A stretch of 63,907 nt of DNA, filler included, from Vicugna vicugna (GCA_013265495.1; 79 parts of 76 records of this genome joined end to end with filler, not necessarily neighbours in it); one strand, 5' to 3'. Positions 24,757-37,553 are shown, counted from the first letter of the whole stretch. Program-made: numbers and translations. Notes: generated by a model from the sequence alone, not told the origin.

Positions 24757-25539
24757 TGTTGGCATTAGGTGGACAAAAAAGGCTTGGGGCTATACACAGT
24801 GGTAAATTGTAAGCTGTCATCTGGATGAGGAATGTTGCTCAGTGTTGTGTAGCACTCCAAAAAGGTATTGCAGGAGAACAGTGTTGACTCTTGGCAGCTG
24901 ATCTAAGAGCCTACAGACAAAAAAATGCACTTCAAAATAAAGCAAGTCATTTCGCATAGGAAGAGGAAATACAGAGACAGAGAACAGAGTACTTTGTAAA
25001 CCATGTACACAGTCTCCTCTCACAGAGTTCTAAGCATGAATGCATACAGAAATGTTTCATTGATTTTAATTCCTGAACCAGATAAGAACTCCTCTGGTTG
25101 ATTAAGTGTTTGACAAAGTTAAGATCATATCACTGGCAGATTATTATTAGGCCAGTGGATTGCGTCTCCAGCAGTCCCATGTCTTCAGCAGGTGTGAAAT
25201 GGTCATGGATTCCGTATTAATAAGATTAGGAGAAAAACAGAATTCAGTAACAGCAGTAATGCATGCTTCTCTTTTTCATCTGGCCTCTATGGGTAGCAAA
25301 TGAAACCCTTTGACATTGGTCATTAGCGTAGTGGACAAAGCGGTAAACTATAAGCTGATCTTTTCCTAGGAGGATGTTGGTTGTATTTTTGAGGTGTGAC
25401 CAGAGTAGAGGAATTAACTGCATCATTACCTCTGGGTTGTAGTTACTTTTTCCTCCTCATTCCCTTGATCAAGAACACCGAGCCATTTATCGTAGAGACT
25501 GGCTGGAAATATACTTCCTTGGATATTTCGAAGAAAATC
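24757..25539 (-). pseudogene. ARHGAP20-like RhoGAP paralog, two exons (25539-25430 and 24910-24757), frameshifted
   Basis: DFLRNIQGSIFPASLYDKWLGVLDQGNEEEKVTTTQR | LLDQLPRVNTVLLQYLFGVLHNTEQHSSS then frameshift at ~24823 before QMTAYNLPLCIAPSLFCPP; canonical AG/GT phase-2 junction. Resembles ARHGAP20 (DFLRNIPGSIF...RLLDQLPRANVVLLRYLFGVLHNIEQHSSSNQMTAFNL). Confidence 0.88.
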
Positions 25540-26556
25540 CTTACATAGGTAAAAAAAGATACATATATATCTTTTTAAAAAGATAAAAAAAGATATACAC
25601 ACANNNNNNNNNNNNNNNNNNNNNNNNNNNNNNNNNNNNNNNNNNNNTTAATTAATTAANNNNNNNNNNNNNNNNNNNNNNNNNNNNNNNNNNNNNNNNN
25701 NNNGAGTTGAGTACCCCATAAAATATATTGTCTTCCATTCATTGGAGACATTGAGATTGGAGATACACATTTTGAAAGCATCAGTAAAAACACAATGTTG
25801 AAGCTTTGGAACTTAATCATTTGATTCAAGAGTGTGGTTAGCAAGGAGTAACATCTTCCCATGGTTTGACAATGTGATCATGGTGAGCACCTGGCTTCTT
25901 CAGAGGAGNNNNNNNNNNNNNNNNNNNNNNNNNNNNNNNNNNNNNNNNNNNNNNNNNNNNNNNNNNNNNNNNNNNNNNNNNNNNNNNNNNNNNNNNNNNN
26001 NNNNNNNNNNNNNNNNNNNNNNNNNNNNNNNNNNNNNNNNNNNNNNNNNNNNNNNNNNNNNNNNNNNNNNNNNNNNNNNNNNNNNNNNNNNNNNNNNNNN
26101 NNNNNNNNNNNNNNNNNNNNNNNNNNNNNNNNNNNNNNNNNNNNNNNNNNNNNNNNNNNNNNNNNNNNNNNNNNNNNNNNNNNNNNNNNNNNNNNNNNNN
26201 NNNNNNNNNNNNNNNNNNNNNNNNNNNNNNNNNNNNNNNNNNNNNNNNNNNNNNNNNNNNNNNNNNNNNNNNNNNNNNNNNNNNNNNNNNNNNNNNNNNN
26301 NNNNNNNNNNNNNNNNNNNNNNNNNNNNNNNNNNNNNNNNNNNNNNNNNNNNNNNNNNNNNNNNNNNNNNNNNNNNNNNNNNNNNNNNNNNNNNNNNNNN
26401 NNNNNNNNNNNNNNNNNNNNNNNNNNNNNNNNNNNNNNNNNNNNNNNNNNNNNNNNNNNNNNNNNNNNNNNNNNNNNNNNNNNNNNNNNNNNNNNNNNNN
26501 NNNNNNNNNNNNNNNNNNNNNNNNNNNNNNNNNNNNNNNNNNNNNNNNNNNNNNNN

Positions 26557-26655
26557 CTTGGATTATGCAATCAGACTCTTAACTAGTGTTCCTGCCTCCT
26601 CATCTCATTACTCTAATCCTATCAACACTGCAGGACTGATTTTTCTAAACTACTA
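26557..26655 (+). mobile_element. L2 fragment
   Basis: CTTGGATTATGCAATCAGACTCTTAACTAGTGTTCCTGCCTCC...GATTTTTCTAAAC. Confidence 0.5.
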
Positions 26656-27629
26656 TAAAGGAAGTAAATGTGAATGATTCAGAATGGCAGAAAATGAAGA
26701 GATTGACAAAAGGAAGACAGAACTGGAAGTGAGACCAGCCTCACAATGTGCTGACATTTAAATTTGACCTTGANNNNNNNNNNNNNNNNNNNNNNNNNNN
26801 NNNNNNNNNNNNNNNNNTTAATTAATTAANNNNNNNNNNNNNNNNNNNNNNNNNNNNNNNNNNNNNNNNNNNNCATTAGGAAGTGACATCTTCTAAGACA
26901 CAGGTCCTCTGTGCTTGTCTATATGTATAAGTAAGAATTCAATATGTATGTCATCCCCCCACATATTTAATTTGTGCCTTCCCAATTGAATGTGCACAGT
27001 AAAAGCTAACTTCCCATAACAGGAGAACTTTAGGAAGAAAGAAGAAGAAATCAGCCACCAGGGAAAAGACAGGAAATCAAGCAGGAGTTTGGTATAAAGT
27101 CATTTATTCTAAAGCTGCTCTGGCTCAATAAATAAGTCGAATTGACATTGTTGTATCATGCCAGAGAATCTGCTAGAATCTGCTAGAACGATTTTAATTT
27201 ACTTTGATATAAGTGGAAAATTGTGTCGGAACAGCATGGGAAACGAAGCACACTGCATCTATCTGTACTCCTGAAGTGTGCCTGAGAGCTGCTCAGATTT
27301 GAGGAAATGTATCTTGTCTGGAGACAATAGAATTTTTTCATTGTTGGAATTCTTGTAGCTTCCAGAAGCACATCTGCAGGTGATTCTGTAAAAGTCTAGA
27401 GTTGACTTAAATAGCAGGAAATTTTAGCCTATTGAAAACCTGAGAAGTGGAATATTTTTGCCTACCACCACCTCCACCATCAGGACCAGGCAAGCACGTG
27501 TACACCCAGAGAGATTTCACATCAGAGGGNNNNNNNNNNNNNNNNNNNNNNNNNNNNNNNNNNNNNNNNNNNNTTAATTAATTAANNNNNNNNNNNNNNN
27601 NNNNNNNNNNNNNNNNNNNNNNNNNNNNN

Positions 27630-28373
27630 TGTATGGAGTGGAGTTTGCAACTGAAAAGCAACTTTGTGTACCCTCCAAGCTAGGTGAAGGAAGGCTTTCA
27701 CACACAGAAATCTCTCAGAATTGAGCATGTGGAGAGAAGTTCGTTCATCCAGCACAAAGGGAACGGGTTGCAGGAGAAACCCATACTCATGTTTCTCTGT
27801 TTGTTTCCTAGTGCCGGTTTGAAGTGTCTGCCGTTTTCACTGTAAAACCGAGTTGGAGCTTGTTCCTCCCCATATATATGTATGGAGTGGAGTTTGCCAC
27901 TGAATAGAAACTTTGTGTTCCCTTCAAGCTAGGTGAAGNNNNNNNNNNNNNNNNNTATCTCTCATAACTGAGCATGTGGAGAAACGTTCGTTCATCTAGC
28001 ACAAATGGAACGGGTTGCAGGAGAAACACTTACTGTGGTTTCTCAGTCTGTTTCCTAGTGCCGGTTTGAAGTTCCTGCAGCTGTCACTGTAAAACCGAGT
28101 TGGAGCTTGTACCTCCCCATATATATGTATGGAGTGGAGTTTGCCACTGAATAGAAACTTTGTGTTCCCTTCAAGCTAGGTGAAGTACGGCTTTCACACA
28201 CACTTGTCTCTCAGAACTGAGCATGTGGAGAGACGTTCGTTCATCCAGCTCAAAGGGAACTGTTTGCAGGAGAAACACTTACTGTGGTTTCTCACTGTAT
28301 TTCCTAGTGCCGGTTTGAATTTCCTGCAGCTGTCACTGTAAAACCGAGTTGGAGCTTGTACCTCCCCATATAT
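27630..28373 (+). repeat. ~248-bp satellite (SatD), 3 homogeneous monomers
   Basis: GTAAAACCGAG at 27842, 28089, 28338; GTATGGAGTGGAG at 27631, 27880, 28127. Confidence 0.95.
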
Positions 28374-28473
28374 NNNNNNNNNNNNNNNNNNNNNNNNNNN
28401 NNNNNNNNNNNNNNNNNTTAATTAATTAANNNNNNNNNNNNNNNNNNNNNNNNNNNNNNNNNNNNNNNNNNNN

Positions 28474-29390
28474 CCAACGGTCGGCAGCGAGTGGGTTCTA
28501 ACCGAAAGCCTAAGCTCGACTCCCCTGAGTTTTTTCTTTATGTCTCTGTGCCAGGGAACGCTAGGGGGGTTTGCAGGATATCCCAGTGACAGAGGCTGCC
28601 TCCCCAAGTTCAGGGAAGTTATTTCTCGGACTTCCCCGAACAGGGAACACCTGTGACTGAAGAGAGCTGCGTGGAGTTGTCTCTCGAGCTCCCCCAGACA
28701 CTGACAGAGTTTCCGGAATCCTGAGCGTGGGGAGGGCCACCAACGGTCGGAATCGCGTGGGTTGTAACGGAAAGCATAAGCTCGTCTCCCTTGAGGGTTT
28801 CCCTAATGTCTCTGTGCCAGGGAATGCTAGGGGGGTTTGCAGAATATCCCAGTGACAGAGGTTGCCTCCCCAAGGTCAGGAAAGTTATTTCTCGGCTTCC
28901 CCGAACAGGGAACACCTGTGANNNNNNNNNNNNNNNNNNNNNNNNNNNNNNNNNNNNNNNNNNNNNNNNNNNNNNNNNNNNNNNNNNNNNNNNNNNNNNN
29001 NNNNNNNNNNNNNNNNNNNNNNNNNNNNNNNNNNNNNNNNNNNNNNNNNNNNNNNNNNNNNNNNNNNNNNNNNNNNTAGGGGTGTTTACAGGATATCCCA
29101 GTGACAGAGGCTGCCTCCCCAAGTTCAGGGAAGGTATTTCTCGGACTTCCCCGAACAGGGAACACCTGTGACTGAAGAGAGCTGCGTGAAGTTGTCTCTC
29201 GAGTTACCCCACGCACTGACAATGGTTCCGGAATCCTGAGCGTGGAGAGGATCCACCAACGGTCGGCAGCGCGTGGGTTCTAACGGAATGCCTAAGTTCG
29301 TCTCCCCTGGGGGTTTTACTAATGTCTCTGTGCCAGGGACTGCTATGGGGTTTGCAGGATATCCCAGTGGCAGAGGCTGCCTCCCCAAGG
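28474..29390 (-). repeat. 267-bp satellite SatA
   Basis: Tandem SatA monomers. Confidence 0.95.
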
Positions 29391-31352
29391 NNNNNNNNNN
29401 NNNNNNNNNNNNNNNNNNNNNNNNNNNNNNNNNNTTAATTAATTAANNNNNNNNNNNNNNNNNNNNNNNNNNNNNNNNNNNNNNNNNNNNCGTTTACATT
29501 GTAAGGGAAAAACAGAAATCATCCTTAATGTGAGAAAAGTTATATGAAGTTTCATTGAGAATCTAGTTATGGAATGTGCTGGTTTCAGGCTATGACAGCT
29601 CACATGCTGTGAAACTGCATCAGGGCACATCTTTGTTTTATTAACACAAGGCAAACGTGACAGGCTATTTTATCCACCTACACACATATCTACATACATG
29701 TACACATATTCACACAGACACACACACTGCTTTATAAAGCCCCCTCCCAGATACTGTTTTGAAAAGTATAATTTAAATTCTTGAAATAATTGTAAATGTT
29801 CTTAACAATGTGGCAATCGCAAATGCAATGTTTTTAGTCACTACGTTATGAAAACCGGTAACAACTTAACCCCTGATGAAAATCATGGTGAAAACCAACT
29901 CAGCCTGTGTTTCACAGCCAAATTATTTCCTGCAGTAAAGCTGAGTCCACAGCATATGATTCCCTTCAATGTACCTCAATGTCCATCACATTTTGTGAAG
30001 CTGTGTACAATTTTTAAGCTGTATTATCAGTGATGGAACTATGATTACATCTTGTAAGCAGGGTGGAAGATCTTCACTTCTTTTCTTAAATATCCTGGGG
30101 GTGAGGCTTTTTTTTCCCCCAGGATATCTGGAGAAAAGCAGGTTTGTCTCAGTGCTGTTCCTGCCATTCTGTCCTTTCTATTCCTCATTAGCATTTGATT
30201 GGAAATCATACAGTGTATTACCTGGAAGCAATAGAGCTTGACTTGCAAGTTAGAAACAACAGTTCTGATTACATGTTAGGTTTGCGAATTTGATTCTCAG
30301 CATAGGAAACTAACACCCACATCCGTCTGCACCAGATAATATGTTCCTAGTGCATTTGCTTCCCATCATAAGCTATGCCTAATAAANNNNNNNNNNNNNN
30401 NNNNNNNNNNNNNNNNNNNNNNNNNNNNNNTTAATTAATTAANNNNNNNNNNNNNNNNNNNNNNNNNNNNNNNNNNNNNNNNNNNNGAATTTTGTTGGCT
30501 TTTTCCTAATCATTAATAATGTCAATGGCTACTTCAAAATACTAGGACACTACTATTTAATGAAAATCAATCAAATTAAGCCAAATTAATACATGATGTG
30601 CAGTCCAGTCCACACTTCCTCCCCAGGAAGCCCTCAAGAACTAGGCTCTTGTAGCTTTCTCTTCCTCTGTTCTCAGCCCAGAGGAAACACAAGGTGTGTA
30701 GCAGGCACCAGATAAGTGCTTTGCTTNNNNNNNNNNNNNNNNNNNNNNNNNNNNNNNNNNNNNNNNNNNNNNNNNNNNNNNNNNNNNNNNNNNNNNNNNN
30801 NNNNNNNNNNNNNNNNNNNNNNNNNNNNNNNNNNNNNNNNNNNNNNNNNNNNNNNNNNNNNNNNNNNNNNNNNNNNNNNNNNNNNNNCATTATTCCCATT
30901 GCTTTATAAGCAATAAAAATTTATGAAATATTTGCTCTATGTAACTTGTAATGGTACTTTAGAAGTTTATTAGGAAGCTGGGGTTGGACCATAAAATTAT
31001 GCCATTATGATAGATACATAAATCAAACATCGGATAAATTCAGAGTAAATAATCCTGAAAAGGTAGCAGAACTAAATTCCATGTTTAACCTTGTGCAAGA
31101 GCTTTCACTGCTTAGCAATTACTTCTCTACTCTTTAACTTGACTTAACCAAATTATTGTGAAACTCTTTTAGAACATTGTGTTTGCTCTGCCCCTGAAGA
31201 GTTGGTTTGTGTGTGGGTTGAGAGGCCCTGACAAAGGGTTAGGAACCCAGTTNNNNNNNNNNNNNNNNNNNNNNNNNNNNNNNNNNNNNNNNNNNNTTAA
31301 TTAATTAANNNNNNNNNNNNNNNNNNNNNNNNNNNNNNNNNNNNNNNNNNNN

Positions 31353-32200
31353 ATTCTGTGTTCTGCATTCCATTACTAAATTCTAGGTTCTATGTTCACT
31401 TTTATATATTCAAATATTTGTGTTCTTCATTCTATATTCTTAATTCTATACTCTTCTTTCCGTATTCTATATTCTGAATTCTGTGTTCTATATTCTATAT
31501 TCAAAATTCTATATTCAGTCTTCTGTATTTTATATCCTAAATTCTGTGTTCTGCATTCCATTACTAAATTCTAGTTTATATATTTTCTTTTATATATTCT
31601 ATATTTTGGTTTCTTCATTCTATATTCTAAATATTCTACATAATTATTCTGCATTCCGTATTCCATATTCTAAATTCTGTGTTCTGCATTCAATATTCTA
31701 AATTGTATATTCAGTATTCTGTATTCTATATTATAAATTCTGTTTCTGCATTCCATGTTCTAAGTTCTGTTTTCTGTATTTTATTATCCATATTCTATAT
31801 TCTGTGTACTACATTCTATATTCTGTATCCTATATTCTGTATTCCATATTCTTTTTTTTATATTCTGTGTCTACATTCTATATTCTATGTCCTATATTCA
31901 TTATTATGTATTCTATATTCTAAATTCTGTTCTGATTTCCATTTTTAAATTCTCTGTTCTATATTCTCTTTTATATATTCTATACATTGTGTTCTTCATT
32001 CTATTTTCTATATTGTATATTCTGCACTCCGTATTCTATATTCTATATTCTGTGTTCTAAATTCTATATGCTAAATTCAATATTCATTGTTCTGTATTCT
32101 ATATTCTTAATTCGGTTTGCTGCATTCCATGTTCATATTTCTGGGTTCTATATTTTCTATTCTGTTTCTATATATTGTGTTCTTCATTCTATGTTCTACA
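31353..32200 (-). repeat. Heptamer-based satellite
   Basis: (ATATTCT)n-type periodicity. Confidence 0.95.
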
Positions 32201-32869
32201 NNNNNNNNNNNNNNNNNNNNNNNNNNNNNNNNNNNNNNNNNNNNTTAATTAATTAANNNNNNNNNNNNNNNNNNNNNNNNNNNNNNNNNNNNNNNNNNNN
32301 CAGTCATGTTGGGGATGGGTTTCTGCCTCAAGCAAGAGCAGGTCCAAGGCCTGGGGGGCTGGCCATATCCACAACCCAGGTCAAAGCTGGCTGGCTGGGA
32401 TGTGGAGAGCCGGGGAAGGGTCCTGCTGCCCGAGGTGGAGATCATGCTCTCTGGGTATATATTTTCCCTCCCGGGTGCCTGAGATGAACAAATCCCAGTC
32501 TGATCTGGCAGCAGAGGTTCGAGTGGACAGANNNNNNNNNNNNNNNNNNNNNNNNNNNNNNNNNNNNNNNNNNNNNNNNNNNNNNNNNNNNNNNNNNNNN
32601 NNNNNNATACCACATATTGAACAGAAGCTGATGAATAAGAATACGAAAGCCCACTCCCCAAGTGAAGGGCTGATGTGCAACTCTTCTGAGGACCCATGCA
32701 GGCTCCAGGTGGGTCTGGATATGGAGGGGTCCCCGCCACCATGGCCCAGAAATCAGTGGGGCAGGCCTCNNNNNNNNNNNNNNNNNNNNNNNNNNNNNNN
32801 NNNNNNNNNNNNNTTAATTAATTAANNNNNNNNNNNNNNNNNNNNNNNNNNNNNNNNNNNNNNNNNNNN

Positions 32870-33290
32870 CTTTTTGATTATAACCATCCTAGTGAGTGTG
32901 AAGCGGTTCCTCAGCGTGGTTTTAACTTAAATTCAGCGAACATTTAATGATGCTGAACATCAGTTCATGTGCCTGTTGGCCATTGGCATTTATTCTTTGG
33001 AGGAATGTTTCTTCAGATCTGTTGATCATTTTTAAAGTGAGTTGTCTTTTTATTATTGGATTGTAAGATTATATATTCTGCATACAATTCCCTTGTTAGA
33101 TCGTTTATTTGCAAATACTTTCTTTCATTCTGTGAGTTACCTTTTCGGTTTCTTGATACAGTTTTATAGCTTTAGCTACTAGCTACTATATTTGTCTCTG
33201 TTATCCATTTGGAGTTAATTTTCTTGCATTGGGTGAAGCTGCGCTCTGACTTCATTCTCTTGCATGTGGCTTTTCTGTTATCCCAGAAAG
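32870..33290 (-). mobile_element. Old LINE-1 ORF2 3' fragment
   Basis: CCATCCTAGTGAGTGTGAAG...TAATGATGCTGAACATC...TTCATGTGCCTGTTGGCCATT antisense L1 motifs. Confidence 0.8.
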
Positions 33291-34105
33291 ACTGGTCTTT
33301 AACAGTTTTTAAAAAGCTCACTTAGCCTAAGAAGACAGCCTAAGAGACATATCAAAATGTCTCTACTGGATCTGAACTGAGTCCTTTACTGAGTGAGCAC
33401 AGAAGGACCTTACAAGCATATTTATTCTCGATCCTTTTTATTAAAAAACAATACCNNNNNNNNNNNNNNNNNNNNNNNNNNNNNNNNNNNNNNNNNNNNT
33501 TAATTAATTAANNNNNNNNNNNNNNNNNNNNNNNNNNNNNNNNNNNNNNNNNNNNTCTGTCCCTGGTTAACTCTCTCTTCAAAGCCATTTAAATTTTTTT
33601 GCAGGATCCTCCACTCACATGTAAGAATACCCTGTTTAAACTTCTTGATGCAGCTCCTTAATGAAGATCTTGCGAAGGAAACCTAGCCAAATCCTGGGAT
33701 GTATGCACATAGTGACTGCAACCTCAGCACTTTGTGAGTTCAGAATCAGAGGGGTGGGTGACCCAGGAAAGGCTTTTTTAAGATAACATGGGTAAAGTGA
33801 AAGGACGCAGGCTGTGTGAGAAAGAAACATCTCGGTCACAACATCTCGGTCACAGCCAGCAAGGCACCTGCGTTCAGGATGGGGTGTGGCGAGTGCAGAG
33901 TTCTCACAAAGAAAGAAGTGAAGTGACGGGAGGGAGGACAGTTTGGTACCTTATTGGGGAGGAAAAACTGGGCTGAACATTTCCTGGTTGAACAAGAGGA
34001 TTGTGNNNNNNNNNNNNNNNNNNNNNNNNNNNNNNNNNNNNNNNNNNNNTTAATTAATTAANNNNNNNNNNNNNNNNNNNNNNNNNNNNNNNNNNNNNNN
34101 NNNNN

Positions 34106-34365
34106 TATCATTTGCTCAATTCAACATCCAAGTTCTTCTGCCGAACAGCACACTTGGAAGAGAAACCCCTTTCTTAATCTGTTGTCTCTCTGGTACTCTC
34201 TACTAACAAAGCATGCCATCTGCCACAGGAGAAACATCTACAGGGTCCAGATATATTATTTCAGAGCAGTCATTTAAGGGTGGTTTGCAGCAGAGAGGCA
34301 ATGCACTGATAACAAGAATTTAAGGGTGGTTTGCAGCAGAGAGGCAATGCACTGATAACAAGAAT
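34106..34365 (-). mobile_element. MaLR LTR fragment (MLT1J-like)
   Basis: GGAGAAACATCTACAGGGTCCAG...AAGGGTGG...AGAGGCAAT..ACTGATAAC resembles remembered MLT1J. Confidence 0.5.
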
Positions 34366-35289
34366 ATTACATTTTAATGTCTCCCAAGAAAAATGCATCT
34401 GGAAAAAAAACCACTGTCAGCCATCTGGTCTAGTGAGAGCCACACATTTTGCACTACATGCACTTGCTATTCTAACTATTTGCCAATAATAAGGGGAAAG
34501 AAAGAGACAACAAAGAGGAAACATTCAAAAGCATCCCAGAGCTGGTTATGTCAGTGCTTTCAATTTGTGAAATCTCACCAAGCTGTAAAGTCAAGTTTTA
34601 TGCACTTGTCTTATCATTTCTATATTTCAATAAAGACTTTTAAAGTAAGACATATATGTGGCAAAGTTTAATTTCTGATTATGTAGCACTGCATAGAATT
34701 CATGTATTTAGCTCTATTGGCACATGGATTTCTTTATATTTCAATTGCCAATTCAATTGCAATGACTCTGAATTGAACATAATTGTATTTCCAGGCTCCC
34801 AATAAAGATTTTTTTTTTTAAATTGAAGTATGAGTGTATTTTGGAAGGAAAGACTTGTCAATCATGAAAATATGTGTTTTCTTTGACTTCTTAGAGGTTC
34901 GTAGGTTGCCTCTAACTGAAAGTTATAGCCATTATAAATGCGATCANNNNNNNNNNNNNNNNNNNNNNNNNNNNNNNNNNNNNNNNNNNNTTAATTAATT
35001 AANNNNNNNNNNNNNNNNNNNNNNNNNNNNNNNNNNNNNNNNNNNNGTTTTGCACCTGTACGTCATTTGTAACCATGTAATCAACAAAGGAATAAGATCT
35101 AACAACTGTGGGACGAAAAGCACTGTGGTGCTTCAGAACCATCAAAGAACGCTGAGTTTTGTGAAACAGTCCTGAGGCACTTAAATCATACTTTTTCTGA
35201 AATGCTCCAAAACTGACCCACTTCACCATTCCAGGTATAACAGGGAAGTACTGGAAACAGTAAAGAGAACATGCCCTTGAAATCTGACA

Positions 35290-35608
35290 AGGCCCTGCTT
35301 CAATCCTGCTACAGGATTTACTAGCCGCTAAACGAACCAATTCCTTAATCCCTCTGAGAAGGCTTCCCAATCTGCAAAAGGGGGCTGCCACCACCCACCT
35401 GGGAGGCATGGGTGTGAATGCAACATGCAAGCAGGGCGGCCGACTGGTAGGCCCTGCTTCAATCCTGCTACAGGATTTACTAGCCGCTAAACGAACCAAT
35501 TCCTTAATCCCTCTGAGAAGGCTTCCCAATCTGCAAAAGGGGGCTGCCACCACCCACCTGGGAGGCATGGGTGTGAATGCAACATGCAAGCAGGGCGGCC
35601 GACTGGTA
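35290..35608. repeat. Exact 159-bp direct tandem duplication
   Basis: GGCCCTGCTTCAATCC...CGACTGGTA starts at 35291 and 35450, no differences seen. Confidence 0.95.
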
Positions 35609-36199
35609 CCTGATATTGGGCCTGGCTAGTTTCCCTCTGCTGCCCTTCTCCACCTTTAAACTTGCACTGTTCCCCCAGTAAGGANNNNNNNNNNNNNNNN
35701 NNNNNNNNNNNNNNNNNNNNNNNNNNNNTTAATTAATTAANNNNNNNNNNNNNNNNNNNNNNNNNNNNNNNNNNNNNNNNNNNNTGGTTTTTGATGAATT
35801 GGCTTGTATCTACTAAGGATGTTTGGGCCACTAACTCTCCTTTCAACTTTCCTTGAGAATGCTGCATGAGATCTGTCAAACCCAATGATGGGGGGAATGT
35901 ACATGGAAGACCCCTGCCTCTTATAATCCAAACCCCCTACCGTGTTTCCTCCTTCTCCCCTTTCTACCCATATCTGATCACTATGCCCCTCTGCTCAATA
36001 TCCTCCGTAGTCTCCCTCCACTCCATCATAGCAGAAGATGCCCTCTGCCATGTGACCTAGTCCATCCACTTTTGCTCCTTCCTTCTGTCAGCAGTGGCAC
36101 GCCCAGTGTTACCTGCATCCAGCCATCTCTACTGTTCCTCAGACCAGCATGGCTCTCTCCCATCACAGAAAAACTGCTTAAAAGGGCTGACTAGACTTT

Positions 36200-36476
36200 T
36201 CTTTTTTTTTTTCACTTCAAGTTTTATTTTGCCTCTTGCAATGGTCTTCAGATAGTTTTACAGTTCGTTTTCTACAGGAACTGAGCTGTGATCTAATAAA
36301 CAATCAATGAAATGTCATCCCAATCTTAATAAATATTCATAACCATAGAGAAGACAGCATAGCACTTTACGATCCTAGAGGCCTGGAAATCTGTTTCATA
36401 GTTAGCTCTGTGACCAGAAGACCAGCCAAACTGATAATTAAAAGCCAAGATAAAGCCACAAACAAACTTGCTAAAA
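36200..36476 (-). pseudogene. Probable 3' end of a processed retrocopy (3' UTR, AATAAA, poly-A); parent gene unidentified
   Basis: Minus strand reads ...GAGGCAAAATAAAACTTGAAGTGAAAAAAAAAAAG, abutting L2-like sequence. Confidence 0.45.
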
Positions 36477-36576
36477 NNNNNNNNNNNNNNNNNNNNNNNN
36501 NNNNNNNNNNNNNNNNNNNNTTAATTAATTAANNNNNNNNNNNNNNNNNNNNNNNNNNNNNNNNNNNNNNNNNNNN

Positions 36577-37453
36577 AGAATATAGAATAGAATATTAGAA
36601 CCCAGAATTAAGAACATGGAAATTAGAACACAGAAATTAGATTATTGAATACAGAATACTGAATATCGAATATAGAATATAGAATGTAGAATACAGAATA
36701 TGAAATGCTCGATACGGAATGCAGACTATTGAATACAGAATATAGAATGTAGAACACAGAATATAGAATATAGACTACGGAATGCAGAATATAGAATATA
36801 GTATATAGAAAGATGAACATAGTATATAGAATAAAAAATATGGAATGTTAGATACGGAATGCAGACTATTGAATACAGAATATAGAATGTAGAACACAGA
36901 ATATAGAATATAGACTACGGAATGCAAAATATAGAATATAGTATATAGAAAGATGAACATAGTATATAGAATAAAGTATAGAAAATATAGAACCCAGAAT
37001 TTAGAATATGGAATTCAGAATTCAGTATTTAGTATATAGAATACAGAATACCGAATATGGATTACAGAACATGGAATTCAGAACACAGAATATACAATAT
37101 AGAATACGGGATACTTAAAATAGAATTTAGAATATGGAATTTAGAACACAGAATATAGAATATAGAGTATAGGGTATAGAATCCAGACTATAGAACATGG
37201 AATGCAGAACACAGAACTTAGAATATAGAATACAGAATACTAAATATAGAATTTAGATTATAGAATGTAGGACACAGAATTTAGAATGTACTATACGGAA
37301 TGCAAAATATAGAATTCAGAATATACAATGAAGAACACAGAATGTAGAATATGGAAAACAGAATATAGAAACGAGAATTTAGAACATGGAATGCAAACAC
37401 AGAATTTATACTATAGAATACAGAATACTGAATATAAAATTTTGAATATAGAA
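36577..37453 (+). repeat. Heptamer-based satellite with 140-bp internal duplication
   Basis: GATACGGAATGCAGACTATTG at 36711 and 36851. Confidence 0.95.
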
Positions 37454-37553
37454 NNNNNNNNNNNNNNNNNNNNNNNNNNNNNNNNNNNNNNNNNNNNTTA
37501 ATTAATTAANNNNNNNNNNNNNNNNNNNNNNNNNNNNNNNNNNNNNNNNNNNN

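Noticed and set aside
27100..27395. Possible minus-strand terminal exon (acceptor at 27386, AATAAA near 27105)
   Set aside because: Weak polypyrimidine tract and none of the three translations is recognisable.
30888..31252. Possible hAT-Charlie terminal fragment (AAAGGGTTAGGAACCCAG)
   Set aside because: Only the terminal motif is suggestive; the family cannot be supported by eye.
32301..32769. ORF 32400..32825 (MNKSQSDLAAEVRVDR...SSEDPCRLQ, possible GTGGGT donor)
   Set aside because: No recognisable homology, no clear acceptor, interrupted by a gap.
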